Shown here in pieces: positions 37,101-52,100 of a stretch of DNA of 64,000 nucleotides (position 1 is its first letter; the number at the start of each line of letters is the position of its first letter). Below the pieces are notes generated by a model, which was not told the DNA's origin, ran no database searches, and saw only the letters and a list, made by a program, of their open reading frames with translations. Source of the DNA: Amoebophrya sp. A120 (Eukaryota; Protista; Dinoflagellata); NCBI GenBank assembly GCA_905178155.1, contig CAJINV010000005.1:1800054-1864053 (forward strand), read 5' to 3'. A program made the translations under genes and the position numbers.

Positions 37101-40100
37101 CAGCGGTACCAAGTGACCTGCTCTTGCATACCGCGAATCACCATCGCCATTTCGCTTCCCGGAAAGCCGGGGAGGAAGGAAGTTTTGCAGGTTTCCGGCT
37201 GGGTCAACAGTGTGTAGTAAAACGAATCCGGGTGTCGTACGATCACTTTCAAAAAATGGAAGGCGAAAGAGGCGAGCGAAATTTTTGCGGGGAACGTGGA
37301 AGGGAGATTCGGAAGAATGCTGGAACTTGAGTTTGAAGTTGCATTTATTGTTGAAGTTGTAGTTGGCTCCAGCAAAAACGCACTGCGGTGCACCTTGAAG
37401 TGCGGATTGCACACTCGATACAGCCAGAGGTAGAGCAGCTCTTTTGCAGGTCGCTGTTCTTGGGACGTATTTTCATTTGCATCGCGCCCGCTATTCGACA
37501 CGAACGCCACATTCGACGCTTCCACTTTTTCGTAGGCGAAATTTCGTTCCCGCTCACCAATCTTCCCTGCGGTGGTACTACATCGCTCGATGATGCGGAG
37601 CGCTTGTTTTACTACTTTATCTTCGAAGAGGCGGTGTCGTAAACGGTCATGCTCTTGTTCCTTGGCAGCGGGAAACAGACAGCCGGAGACTCTCGCGGAG
37701 AACACAAAGCTAGCGGAGACTTCGTCGAAGTTTATGGTTAGAAGCTGTCGGTCTTCCTCCTTCTGATCCTCTTCCGTGACTTTATTTCCTTTATTGCAGA
37801 ACCTCGTTTGCAGCTCTGAGTCGTTTCTCGCGGACAACCCCATTATCTCCCTGTACTTCTGCTGCTCGGATGTGTACCCTGCGACACTCCCGCCAATGTT
37901 CTTCGTAGTCCCAAAACTGTCGTTCTTTCGCTGCGCGTGCGCCCCCACTTCAGGCAAGACTACCTCTCCTGTAGGCCGCTCGTGAAGCATCAACGCCCCA
38001 AAATCTTTGTAGACCTCCTGCGTGAAGAGTTTCGATGCGTTCTCGAGGGAGTGAAGGTCGATATTATCGTAGCCGAAACTCGCAATCATTCCAGACGGCA
38101 TGCACGAAAACACCTCGCACATACCCTCAAACCCACCGAAGCGGTACAAGGCTTGGAGGAAAAAAAAGCGGACGTGTTCGGAGCTGCGGATGAGAGGGAA
38201 GACGAAGTTCGGTATCCGGATGTTTTCGTAAACAGTGGCAGCGAAAGTCTCGTGCGCAGTCGCTCCCGGAATGGTCCTGGCCGTTCTCTTTCCTTCCGCC
38301 GCATTTGACTCCGCGATCATTATGTTGTTCAGCGCTTTGTCAATTACGTCGTCCGCACCGCCGACCGCAGAATCCTCATTATTCTTTCCCCCGATACAAT
38401 TCGCCAGTCCATTTTTAACCGCCTGAAGCAAGTACTTCGCCAGCTGCGGCACGTATTTGCGCACCCAGAGTGCTGTTCGTATCGACGTTGCTGACGATGA
38501 TCCAGACCCACCTCCCCACAGCCGCGTGTTCATCAAACCAGCTTGCTCAGCAACGTCATCTCGGTGCGCAGTAAGCACGTGCTCCTTCAAGTCGTCGATC
38601 GCGTCCGGCAAAGAATTCCCATCTCTGTCTTGCAAAACATTCACCCATAACTCCCGATGCCTCGCTTTGTCAACAGCGGAACTTTCGTACTGCCCCATCC
38701 CGTGCGGGCCCAGACGCCAAGCTAAAAACCGCTGTGTGCGTTTTGGCAGCGGTGCAAGGTCTCGGTTGCCCGCCCACGAGGAGAGGAGAGTTCCGAATAA
38801 AGCGTCGGCTTCTTGTTTTCCGCTCATTTTTGCTGGCAGCTGTGCTTCTCCACTGCTGCTGAATGAGGTGAAAAACTCCGGTCCCGCATCGAGGAGCAGC
38901 GGACTCAGCAACCACCGGAGATGGTGCGTTTCACCTTGTTCTCCCCGCGTAGCTAACGCAACCATCGTGAGAAAGGACTCGGCCATTCGATCCTCCTCCT
39001 TCGCGGTTTTGTTGTTCGATCCACCGCTTCCAAAAATGTACCCTCGCATGTGTTTGGAAAACAATTCACAAGCCGTCGAAATCCATTGCGCACCTTGTTC
39101 ACAGTTGTTTTCAAGATCTGTGAGTACCAAGAAAAAGCGCGCAGCCGTCGCAATCCATAGGCCATTCTTGTCGTCGAAGTCGCGCAAGTCCTGGCCGAAA
39201 TTGACCAGCTTGTGCATCATGCCGTAGGTGGCCTTGTCTCTAGCACTTGCCGCCGATGATGTCGCCAGCATTTCGTCAATCCGCTCCTTTACAATCGCCG
39301 TCAGCGCATCGACTACTTTTTCGTAATCGAACCCTGCCGATGTCGTCTCGTCGAAGCTGAAGTAGGACAGCAACGCCAGCTTCTTCTGGATGGCAAACCG
39401 CTCGCTTGCGTACCTCCGGTGCACGTCCAAAGGCGACCGAGGTTCAGAAGATGAACTCGTCATCAAAGATTCCAGTGTGGTGCCGTCTTTGAACCCGTTC
39501 TTGATAGCTTCTTTGACGAGCCTAAATTGCGTCTCGTACGAGATGTTCGGGTACTGTGCCATTTTCTGGTGGACAAAGTCCTCCAAGTACGCATCAACGG
39601 TTGATGCCGAGCACAGCCATTGCGCAAGAGAGGCTCCACTCTTCCCGAAGTAGTTCGAAAGCCATACTTCATCTGCCTGCTCACCGTCGCCAGTCTCGTT
39701 TATACCTACAACGTCTCCTTCGTCATTTGATTCAGATTCGCCGCCCTGCGAGTCGGGGGTAGAGGCTGCCTGATCAACCCACTCGAACTCCGCGAGAAGA
39801 TTGGCGTCGTCGGAGTTCTTCACACCGCTTGCCGGTAGAAGCGCATCTCCGACGTCGTACCCGCCTCCCGTGTTCTTAGCACTTCTACCACGCTGCACAA
39901 GCTCCATGGCATGCTCCAGAACCGGCATTAGCTTGTGCGAAAACGGCACGCGGCACATGAAGGGCTGCAAACTCCCCGTGTTCACAACCTCCCGCACATC
40001 CGCCGCAAAACACGCTTCGAAACGAAACCGCGCGGCGAGAGAATCCAAATCCGAGAACCGTTTGCACAGCGCGATGAAGAACTCTGGTCTAACACCAGCA

Positions 40101-43100
40101 TTTGGATTTCCACTTTCGACGAGCCGCAGCGCAAAGTTCACGTCCAAAAACTGGCCCCAGTGGCTCAGGATCTGGAGCAGGTAACTCTCAATCACCACTT
40201 CCAATGACACTTTGAGACTTCCAGTCGATAATGCCCCCAACGCCCACGCAACGTGGGGAAGGAGAGCTTTCTGGGTCGTTGTGTTTGCTTCATGCTGTAT
40301 CCTCAACACCCGAAGCGTCAACTCGGTGAAAAATTCCTCCAAAAAGCCCCACCAGGAGAAAGTGCTTGATCTTCCGATTCCCTGACTGTGACCTAGCCGT
40401 TCATCGTATTCGTACAAGTTCAGCACGCTGCTCATGCTGCCCGTCGGATGTCGGATCAGCATCTGTTGGCTCTTTGCGCGCAGTATCCGTTTGAACAACT
40501 CTGGCCGCTTGCCGAAAATCTCCCACAGCGATTCCTCCACTGCAACCCGCAGAGGTATTTCGCCGAGTACGAAATTCGCATTTGGCCGGATGTCGTCGAC
40601 GAAGAGGTGGGTGCGCCAAGTGTCGTTGAAAATCACGTGATTCGTGCAGCTGTCCTCTCCTGGCTGCGCATGGATGACAAACACCACTCGCTTGTTTTCC
40701 GCGCAGCGTCCTTGGCCCAGTCGCCCTTCTGATTTTTCGACGTGGTTCTTCTGCGCATCCCCCCACGAGTGCACGACCAACCTTTTCGCGTGCTCGATCA
40801 CAACCCTTTCCGAAGATCGACCGTCACACTGCACGAACAAAAGATCTGTCTTGTCGTTCTCCGAACTCCAAAATCGCTCGCAAACCGCCACGAGCTGAAC
40901 CTGTGACGCGGTTTCCGAGAGTCGGACGCACTGAAAGCGGAGAAAGATTTGGGTTTGTGGTGTGTCTCCAGCGGAGCTCCTGAGGACATGTTCCAAAGGC
41001 ATCATGGGCGTGTGCGTGAAGACGGTTGAAAACCTCTCTCCTCCACCGCCTACTTCGGAGGTGGACGAAGAGAACAGCGAGGAGAAGTCGTTGCATTGTG
41101 AGAAAGCATCTTCGTTGTCGGGCAAAAGCTTTTGCAGGACGCGCGACCGCGACACCGCGAGCGGAAGTGCGAGTCGAAGCAGCTTCTTTTGCCACAGCGA
41201 ATCGAACATCGGATTCGGGTGTGGCGAAGGCAAAGGCGAAACAGGTGGCTCTAGAACAGGATAGAGTCGAGGACGATCACATTCCTCTTCCTGCTGCTCT
41301 CCACCACCTCCATCAACTTCAACATGTTCGCTCGCTACTAGCACCAGCAGGCTCGCAATTCCTTCGTCATCAATACCGACGAAGGGTGCCGACGCCGTTG
41401 ACCCCATCGTCATTCCCGCTCCAACTTCCGCAACAAACGCCCTCGCGCGCTCAAGCATCGCTGCATCCACCACATCTCGATAACCCAGTGATTGCTTCTC
41501 GAAACGATTTAAGAGCGGGAGATCCAGATTTTCGTACGCGTGAACCCGCTCGACGACTGTGACGATTCGGAAGCCATCCGCATGCACCGGACAGAGTTGC
41601 GACCGCGGGCCGATCGCAATACGGAGCATCTTGCTGATGGATGTTGCGGAAGCCTGAGTAGATAAACCGTGTTTCTTTTCATCATTTTTTCCTCCAACCG
41701 CAACGGCGCCAGCGACCTTGTTCCGTCTGACCACGAATCTTTGGTTCAATACATCGTAAAGCGACTCGTACACGGTATCCAAATTCCAAAGCACAACCGT
41801 CTTTCCCGTCGCCATCGCCTCTTTCACCCGGTTCACGTGCTGGATGAGGGACAATTCGTTTTTGTCTTCGGTGAACGGTGAGCCCATCAGAACTTCGGTC
41901 TGGTTTTTTTCTAAGAGCTTCTTCTCGAACAGAATCTCGAGCGCAGAGCCCTGCACGTCGGTGAGGAGCATGAGATGACGCGCGTCAGCGTCGCGCAGGT
42001 TAGATTCGATTAGCTGCAGTGTAGAGAAGGTTTCTCTTTGCGGGTCGGAAACGGAAGTTGCGCGTAATTTCGAGTCAAACGCCTCATACACAGATTGGAG
42101 CAACCCAGGACGCCCGTTGAAGTTCCGCTGAAGAGAAAACGAAACAATCGCCCAGCTCAAAAAATTGAAGCTATCCCGCTTTGCTGGAATCGAGAAAACG
42201 TCCGGATGGTGCTTGCGAATCCGCTTGATCTCGTTTTGTAAAAGCTGCTCGGATACCGGATCGGCACTCGAGTAAAAGTTCCCCTTCCCACCTCCGTCGC
42301 CGAAAGCTTTTTTTACCGCCGTTTCGTCGTACTTTGTGTTGCCCAAATGTGGGCTTGTTAAAGCAATGTTCGTCCCTGCCCCCACAGATCCTTTTAACTG
42401 CAGAAACAACCGCCGAATCAGCTTCAGCATCTGGTAGTAATCGCGCATGCCGACGAAATTCCGCCCTTCCTGCTCGGCGTAGATCTTGCTGTAGGCCTGC
42501 GAAATCGCTACTAACCAGGTGGATAATTCCGCGCTGCTTGACAGTGTGTTCGCGTTTGACGCCTCAAAACCAGCCGCATTCGACGCTGCCTCCGCCACAA
42601 TGCAACTCCCGGTTAACTCTACATCGTCCGCTTTCGGATCCGTCCGGTTCAACAGTATCGCGCGGTTCATTTTCGCCGCGTCCAGCGCCCAATTCGACAG
42701 GCCCACTATCGCGATCGGTGGCGAAACCAAAATCGCGTGCAGCACCTTCAACGGCAGATCTGGCGAGTGCTCCGCTAAGCCAATTTCATCCAGTAACAAG
42801 CACGTCATGGCCCTTTTCGATTTTCTGCTGTAGTTCACCGCGATTTTGAATTGTTGCAAAATGCCCGCAGCCGTCGAGAAGGGAGAGCACTGGTAGGGGA
42901 AGACGTAGATGGACGGAAATCTTCGCCAGTAAGCGGCAGAAGATTGCTCCCCGCGAAGGTTGGAAGTTAAGATCTGCAGAGTCAACGTTTTCGAGCTACC
43001 CGGCTTGCCGACGATGAAGATCGGGATCTTGTTGCAGATCGCGATGAAACTCACGTAGAGATTTTCAATCAAAGCTTCGTTCAACGCAATGCCGGACTCC

Positions 43101-46100
43101 AGCTCAAATTTCGAGGCTAATGACTTCGCAGTTTTCGCGATGACTTTCCCCATCATGTTCGGCGGAAAAAGCCACTTGTAACCCTTCTCGAAGTCGTTCC
43201 CCTCGCCGTCCTTATCCTTCGCTCTCGTGAGAGCAAGACCGAGCGTCAATCGCAGTTTCGTCAGCAACTCCGACCGTTTCCCGGAAGGCAGGCGGAAGTA
43301 GTAGACATGCGCAATGGCGAGGATCTCGTAGGTGCCGCCCCTGTTTGTTGCCTGTGTGCCGCTAGTCGGCCTCGCCCCCTTTTTTGCGGAAGCTGCAGCT
43401 CCTCCTGTAGCGCCCCCTGTCGCAGCGCCACCAACGCCCCCAACAGACCCTCCATACTTCCCAAACCACTTACAAAGTTTCAAGCATCGCGCCACGTCCC
43501 TCAGCGACACCACACTCACGTCCCCCTCCACTTCCCGCACGAATTTCTGCGCAACTTCCAACCAGCCGATCAGAACCTGATACGTCCCCTCACTCTGTCC
43601 CGGATACTCGCTCCGCACCATGGAAGTGATGAACTGTAGCTCACTGTGTTCCGACAAAGCGCCGAAATCGAATACAAACTGCTTCAAGCAGGTCGGGATC
43701 GGGTGGACTCGATAAACCAAATCCCGGGGAATCGGATCTACTTCGCCGGGTCGAGCATTGCCACTCCCTTTATTTCCTTTTCCGCTTCCCAACTCCATCC
43801 CAGCCGATCTCTGTAGCATCGCAGCATTCTCAGGGTATTTTCGATACGGATTGCAGGCAGCCAGAATCTGAATGCGGGGATCTATCGGCTGACCGTTCAT
43901 CGACCGGTGCATGATTATTTCCGCGATCAGGCCCATGTGCGCACAAGTGTTCATCTCATCAAAGAACAGATAGACGGACTTGAACTCCGTTTCGGTCGAA
44001 GATGTTGATGCAGGAGCGTCGGGATGGTTGGACCCTGTGCTCGGTCGTTCCTCGACAATCTCACTTTGCGCAGCACCAAGTTGTACTCGTAACCCCTTCA
44101 TCTCCCCTCCCGCCAGCAGCGCTTCCGCCCGCCGCACAGCCTTTACAATGTCACTTTCCGTAGTCCCGCCGTGCACGTCTTCGACGATCAAACCAACGCC
44201 CAACCACGCGCACAGATACCGCAGCATGTGCGTTTTCCCGCAGCCGCACTCACCGAGCAAAATCACGGGGATTTGGTTTCGCACTCGGAGGTAGATTGCT
44301 AAAAGCTTCAACACAACGTCGCCCGTAAGCACGAAATTCCGCAGGCGTAATGGAAGCTTTGTAGACTCAACAGAGATATTCGTAAGCGCTGCCAATATGC
44401 GGGTGAGAAGGCCCGTTTTGTTCGATGTCAGCTTCTGCAGGTCGTTTCCAACCGGAATGTCGGCTCTGTCAAGAACCTCGACGAGGGTCGGATGCATCCG
44501 TTTGCGCAGCTCCATCGAGTTGCTCGCGAGGAAAAAAACTTCTTGTTCTGTTGTCAGCAGCATTTCGTGGTTGGAGGACGACCATGGTAGAAGATCGCCT
44601 GTGGAAAAAAGCTCTTCCATCATCCGCTCCTCCTCATTAGCTCGTCCTTGGCCTTGCCGCTGCTGGTGGAGATTATACACAACACCTTGCGCAGACCCTC
44701 CTTCCGCGCACAACCGCACCGCAAAATTGGTCCTCGAGGCGGTTCTTCCCTGCCTCACTTCTTCTGCTGTTTTCCAGCCACTCGCTACTTCCAAATTCGC
44801 TTTCGTCGACAAATAGTCGACCCGGTTTGTAATGCTGCTAATGTCTCCCCCGCCCAAAAGCCAGTAGTACTGCAGCTGTTGCTGTTGTCCTGCCCCTCCT
44901 CCTCCTTGTTCAGGCGAGATACCTCTATCAGGCACGAGTGCCGGCGGAAAGTCACGCGAAGAGTAGACGTAACTCGGGTCCATCAAAGCTCCCATGCGGT
45001 ATACTGGTTTTAGTTCGTGATCGAACTGGCACCTTTCGTAAATCCATGTAGTCGCATCAACCGAAAACCGTAGCCAGGCTTTATCTGCTGCTGCGATATT
45101 AGCTGCGTCTGCATTTGCTTCTCGATCTCCAGCACCTTGCGGTTGCGCCGTCAGAGTCGGCTTTTTTCGTCTTGCAAACGCCACCTCTGCAGCCGTTCGA
45201 CACAAGAAGCCGATAACCTGCCCGCGGAGCTGCCTGTTCTCGGTATCTGTTTCGAGTAATCTGTGCCTAACTCGAAGTTTGGAGAAGGTTTGTGTTCCAG
45301 AGTGTGGGTTTTCGTGACTTGCAAGCCGGCAAAGACCGTCATAGAGCAGATGCACGAACGACCACAGGCTCCACAAACTGCCGTTAACATTCCAGGCACC
45401 ACAATCCGCTACTTGAGCTGCGCGGAGCAATAGGCCGAGACACTCTTCGCTGGTAAGTTGCAACGCCGTCGAAAACTCCGCATGTGCACTTGCAGTTGGT
45501 TCCACTTCCTCGATTCGCTTCAAATTCAATTTCAAAACCGCGGGCGTTACAAACGTATGTGGATGTGCGTCCTCCTGGTCCTCCGCAGACGTCTTATCAG
45601 CAGCCCGAAGTACCGGCATCAGCTTCTCGGAAAACTGGATAACTTCCCTCTTCCAGTCAGCCGGATAACCACCCAACATATCCTCGCGTATTTTCAAGCA
45701 AAAGCACACAATCTTCAACCGCAAAATGCAGTCGCGCCGCTCGTCGTTGCTCAAGCCCGGTTGCAAACCTGTTTTGGCGGCGCCCGCACTTCCACCAGAC
45801 GTTCGAAAAGACACAGGCGCGTGGTCGCCATCTGATCTTAAAGATGCTGGCACAGTGGAGGTCAAAGAGGTACTAGCAGCGGAAAGGGTCTCCGGAACAA
45901 CCGACGTCCAGTCGCAGTTAAACACATCTCCGGGGACGACGTCGCACCGGCCAATGGAATTTCTTAGAAAGGCGGACTTTTTCAACCACGCCTCGTTCGG
46001 TAGCTCGACGTAAATATCGAAAACGGTATTTTTCGGCCGCTCCCACAGCAAGTCGCGGACGCAGAGACGCTGCAAGACGATTAGGTGAAACAGCAAGTCT

Positions 46101-49100
46101 TCGACGGCAGGCGAAACGAAAGAATCCAGCACGTCGACGTGCAAGAAGACTGCCTCTGCACCATTATCTGCCGAGGACGACGAAGTTGAAGTTTCTTTGG
46201 GAGATGAAGACGAAGAGGCCGAAATTGATTTTGATGCTGCCAAGTACTTGATGACACCCTCGCGCGTCGCGACGTCGCTGTTAGCGTACAGTGGGAGATA
46301 CAAGTAGCGCTTTCCGTTGGCTTTCCGGCGCGCAAAGGCGCTCTTCCCACCACCGCTGCCGGCCGAGCAAATTACCGCAGACATGGAAGTAGAGGCAGCC
46401 GAAGTAGTACCGCTCTCTGCAACAGTACTACCGGTAGTTGCTTCCTCGTCTTCGCAATACCCTAGCGTCTTCTTTACGTTCTCGAACAGCCGGGCTTCTG
46501 CACGAAGTTCTAACCGTAAATGCGCATGCATCTTCGCAGCGATGTGGTCTCCTGTACTGGAAACCAGTAGTAGCGGCAATGGCTTCGTACCATGAACCGA
46601 TTCGTGTTCATCCGTCAGCTTCTGGACATCCTGCTGCAGTTGAAAGTACCACTCACCCTTCAACTTGTCGACCCCGCAGAAGCAAAACGGACAGCTCGCT
46701 GTTTTGTTCTTTTTGGTTGAGGAAAACGCCCACCGATACAAAAAAATCTGGATCTCCTCCCATGTCGTGACCGTGTCGACGTAAACTACCACATTGGTCC
46801 ACTCTGGTAGGAAGCCGGTTTTTGCGAATGCCAAAATGCACTGTTCAAGCGGGTCGCCGACAACGAGCGACAAACCGGGTGGGTAGGTCGAGGTGTAGCC
46901 GAACGCTGCAGTTTTCTGCCGTTGGACGTCGTTTGAAAATACCAGCGGCCGGAAAATATTAGCCTGCGGCGGTTTATTCGTTTTCGTCCAAGCCTCAGCA
47001 AGTTGGGTCAGAAGACCAACTGCTGTCGTGTTCAAGCCACTCACGGAACGCGCTAAAGGTGCTATAATGTTCATCCCCTCTCCATCATCACCACTTCTTC
47101 CGCTATCAACCAGCGATCTTCGCAGCTGATGCATCGTGTAGTCGTTCAAAACCGGGTACTTCCGTCTTAACTCATCCACAGCCAATACCCAATTGTCGGC
47201 TTCCCGCCGTAGCCGGGTTACTTCTTCCTGAATCATGGCAACGTCGCTGTTTTCGAACGCGTACCGGAACTCGATGATCCCCGCGTCAACGTCATCCCCA
47301 ACCTCCCGTCCGTAACTCACATGCCCGATGGTTCCTAGCCGGGAAACTGTCTGACTCAGCTCTTTGACCCAACGAAATTGGCCCACGAACTTTGCAATCA
47401 ACGCCGATACATCTTCATCCACATTCCGGGCAAGAACTAAGCTCGTTTGGAAGTCGAGAATCTCCTGCAGGCCTTGAGAGGCAATTGCTGGGGAAGCTTG
47501 TTGTTGTGAAAAATCGTTCGCCTCCTCTGCATTTTTGCCGTTGCTCTGATCGGATGCGCGAAGAGTTGTCGTCGTGCTACCGGCTTTTCTTTTTTTCGGT
47601 ACGTACTCCAAGGAAATTTCGCCGAACTTATCCACCACCCACGCTGCTCTCCAATTGTACAGATTCAAAAGTCGTGCCGGCGCCGCCCCCGAAGTCTCGG
47701 CATCGGATCCCAGCAACTCACTCAGGGGTAAGTACACTGCGGACATGGAGGCTAGCAGAGTACAGAAGTAACTTCCACCAGTTTCACCAGATCCAGAGAC
47801 AGGCGAAGTAGAGGTACCCGCAGCACGATGACCGCCCAACACCCCCAGACCCGAGAAGTAGTGCAGCGCTTCGTCGAGAGACTTCAGATTATCCGGGAAA
47901 GAACCACTGTACAGGTACCGTGCCAGAGAACGTCGCAGCGTGGAGAGTTCGGACAGTATCTGTTCGTTGACGCGCCCGTTTTTCCCATAGCCATCATGTA
48001 GCCAGAGCTCTGGCGGGCACTCCATCTCGGACTTCCCCATGGCCATCTGGGTCGCCGCCACAAAGTCTTCATCAGATTCGAAAGCCGCGGCGAGCCAACG
48101 TAGAACTGGTAAATTCTTCTTGATGGCTTGGAGTGCTTCGATTTCGACGGACAGTATGCGGACGTCGACGACGGAGAGCTTGTTGGAATTGCTTTCTGCA
48201 GTAGCTGTAGTTGTTCCCGGTTCGTCGTTCGTCCTGTTTATTCCGTCCTCCTTCAATATTTTTCCGACCTCATCTTCCGACTGAGACTCGACTTGCTGCA
48301 AGATTTCGTTGATGCATCCCGAATCAAGTTCCTCCCATTTCGGCTCCAGCTTCGTAGTCACTGCCTCACGAAGCAAAGAAAGCGCGGTCTCTACGCGTGC
48401 GTTCCACTTTTCCAACTCTTGTTTAGCGATGAAGAACGAGATCTCGGAAAAAAATTCCTCAATATCCGCCAGATTGCTGTGGACGATTTTCAACAGCGTG
48501 AATTTCTCCATGGTGGCGAAGACGTGACGTTTCAAGGCATTCGACGGAACGGGAAGCGGGAGGACTAAACCTCCGACTGTTATTTCATCTAACTGTTTTG
48601 GTTCGAACTTCACCCGTCGACAAAAACTGGCAAATTCGTCCTCAAGCGCAGTGCCGAGCCGAAGGGGGGAAACGGAGAAGCCTTCTCGGAAAAAGGGGAG
48701 AAGCTGCTCGAGGACAGGAAAGCTGACGCGGTTTTCGTCGAACTCGAGCTGGAGAGCTTCGAGCGTTTGCGCAGCACGCTCGATGTCTTGCTGCACGAGA
48801 AGTTCATCTTCTGTTGATGCGTCGGGGCCGGCGGTTCCTCCTGTTCCTCGCGAAACCGTTGTCCCCTCCTTAGCACCTTCCGAAACGACCACCACTCGCG
48901 TCATAGTCCTCGGCTCAGGCCCTGCTTCGGTAGTACTAGCATCTTCTGCAACGGCAAGCACTGCTTCGGCTACAACCACTCGGAGTTTTAGATTTGTATC
49001 CTTAATCAGCTCTGCGAGGATTCGGAAGTGTTTTTGCTTTTCCAGCCACGGAGCATAAGCTAGAAACTTCTTCGGAAAAGACCGCACTACAGCAGCACCA

Positions 49101-52100
49101 TTATTCGACGTCACCCCCTTCCTCTTCTCCTTCCCTTTCCCAAACAATTCACGCAACTCCCCAAGCGTCAGTTTCTCCCAGCTGTCTTGTACCCATGCAA
49201 CCTTGTCTTTCAAAAAAGTTCTATGTTCCGCGAAAAAACTCGTTTGCACCGTCTCCACAACCTGTAGCTGCACCCTCAATTGGCACTGCTCCGCCATGCA
49301 CTCCCTCGCTTTTTCGTGCAGCTCCGGTGTTCGCAACAATTTGCATACCTGTTTTGAGAAAACCCCGTGCCACACCGCGGATTTGATTTCGTGAACGGTT
49401 GCGTGCTCCCCAGCTCCCGCCTGCAACCTTGCCAACCCCAACTTCGCATCCTCATGCGCGTTTTTGCAGAAGTGCGAGATTTGCTGCCAAAGATCCTCGT
49501 TCAGTGCAAGCTCGCTAGTGAGAGTTTGCTTGCGCTGTTTTGTTTCGGCTGCGAAGAACTCGAGGAGAGCATGGAGCCAAGACACGGTGCTCCAACGAGC
49601 GGCCCAATCTTCGTCAAGAGTAAGCTGCTTGTTGCTGTAAACATTGATTTGCGCCAGCACGCCCGTGTACAGTATTCGCGCGTCGCGAGAGGACAATGGT
49701 GGTTTCGCTTTCGCCTTGTTCTGTGCAGGAGCTAAATCGCCTTCCGCCTTCGTGTCGGAGAACACCAGTTCGTGCAAGAGGTTGATTTTTTCCTTTCCCC
49801 CGATTTCCTGTCTTACGACGGCGTGGAAAACGAAAGTTAGATGTTGCGCGAAATCCAAGGCGGAGACGCCGCGCCGTTCCAGCTCTGCGTAGTACCCCTT
49901 GTTCCCGACGATGTGCAGTAGCCGCTTTAGCTCGGACAGGCTAGAAGGCATCTTGAAGAATTGCGTTAAAGCCACGCGAAAGAATGTTTGTGCGCCGTTC
50001 TCTTGTTCCCGAAGACGAAACACGCCGCTCCGCGCCCACACGTCGATGATGTTCAAAATCGGCTGCGCTGCGAAAGCTCCCGATTGCTGATCCAAGTTCG
50101 ACAGCCAAAGCCCGAGAGCAGACCCCATTTTCTGCAGGAAGCGTTCGAAACGACCCACACCTTCCGCCATTTTCCCTTCGACTTCGTGTTCGTTCCTCTT
50201 TGCTTCCCACTCCAGAAACTCCACCAGCTGCCCCGTCGGGGGGGCCCTGCTATTCTTGAAAACAGTCTCCCAGTACTCGACGTCAAAACAAGCAGTAGTG
50301 CTGTTCACATCAACTTCAACGTTGTGGTCACCAGCCGGGAAGCTGCTCCCGATGCAACGCGAAACCACGATCCAGGGGCCGAAGTTTTCCACCTTGCGCC
50401 GCTGCACACGATCCAACAAGTGACGCTTAGCATCAAGGCCTCGCCGCGCGGAAGACACTGACAAGGCCTGCAGCAGCGCTACCAAATCTTCGTCCCGCGG
50501 CGCCAGGTGTATTAGAATCCCCAAATCGACGTCGTCCCCAAGAACACTCATCAAGGACTTTTGCCAGCTCTCTTCCTTCCCACCCGCCACAAGTGCTTTT
50601 AGTGCCCGTCGCGATTCCAGAATTGCGTCTGACATTCTCTGTGCGGACAGCACCGTGCTGCTACGCACAATCTCCGTGATTTTCGCCGTGGTGTCTTCAA
50701 TCGGGTTTCGCAGATTTGCGTACGCGCGAGCGGCGATTCGTCGTGTCTTCGGCAACAAAACTGCACGAATCCGTTCCGCTTCGAGCACGAAGAGTTGTCT
50801 TTCGTCTTCTACAAGTGCCGAAGCCACGATTGCGTCGGATACAGCAACGGGATCGATTCCGAGCTGAGACCTTGCGCCGCTCTTATTGCCGCCACCCGTG
50901 GTGCTCTTACTCCGCGATGGCGAAGGGTCGTTGCGTGTACTAGCTTCCGTTGTTGCTACGGCTGCTTTCAACAATCGTCTCGTTTCTCGCTTCCACGTGT
51001 TCGTCATCTCCGTTCCTAATATCGGCGGAGAAAGACAGACCCTGTTTGGGCTATCGAACATGGCCAGTGTCCCGTCGCGCCACCCGCTTCGGTTGTTTTG
51101 CCCCGCGAAGATCACTTCCTCCGTATTCGGCACAATCGCACTTCTACCTATATCCCACTCAGCGCGCGCGACAACGTGTGTATGCGCAGAAGAAAGCACC
51201 AGAAACACCTTACGCGCAGACTTGTCTGGAACCAGTGCGATCGCCGTTGGACGGATGTTGGTGAGTATCCGGGGCCTGCCGAGCACTTTTGTGTCCTTCT
51301 CCGCATTTTGTCCAGTGCGGTCTTTGTCCAGCACCAGCATGACCTTGTCCGTTTCGAAGAAGTACTTCTGGATTCTGAAGTCCGTCGTCAAAAGCAACAC
51401 CCCCTGCGACAGATTTTCGTCATAGCATTCCCTGCATCTCAGTCTCGCTGCTGCCACTTCCGCTTTGTCTTCCACTCGAGAGTTGTCTTCCGCAGCGCGA
51501 TCAGCATCTTTCTCCCGCTGCCACCAATCCCAGCAGATGCCATGCGGCGGAAACGACGCCAAGCCCACGACAGAATCTTGCTTAGTAGCTACGAACTTAT
51601 TTCCAGGATACAACATCCGCACCGGCGCGTTCGGCTGCAGACCCCCTTCAATAGTGTGCAACCCGTCTGCGCAGCCGACTAAATACTTCGTCTTCGGTCG
51701 CCCACCACCTACAACCGGGTGCAAAACCTTCAGAAGGCACCAGGGTTGGTTGAAGCGGCGGTTCCCAAGTGTTGCAGCGCCAGGCGAGCCCGACGTTACG
51801 GAGAAAATCGGCCTCCTCCCGCCTCGCCCCGGCCAGTCTACGCATTCAGCCGCAGAAACCGTCCGCGCGGTGAGAATCTTGTTTTGCGTGCTTCCCCAGT
51901 TTAAATTCGGTGGGTAGCGCAGAGCCACCTCCTTCGCTGGTTCGGCTTCGATCAAACGTAAAGCATTATTCCCTGTGTCGGCAACTAGAAACATGTTCTT
52001 TACGTCATCAACCCGGAGAATGTCGCGAGGGCTGCGAAATTTCGCAGCAATGGCGTTTTCTTGATCCTGCTGCTCAAGGTTAAACATGTTCCCAACTGCA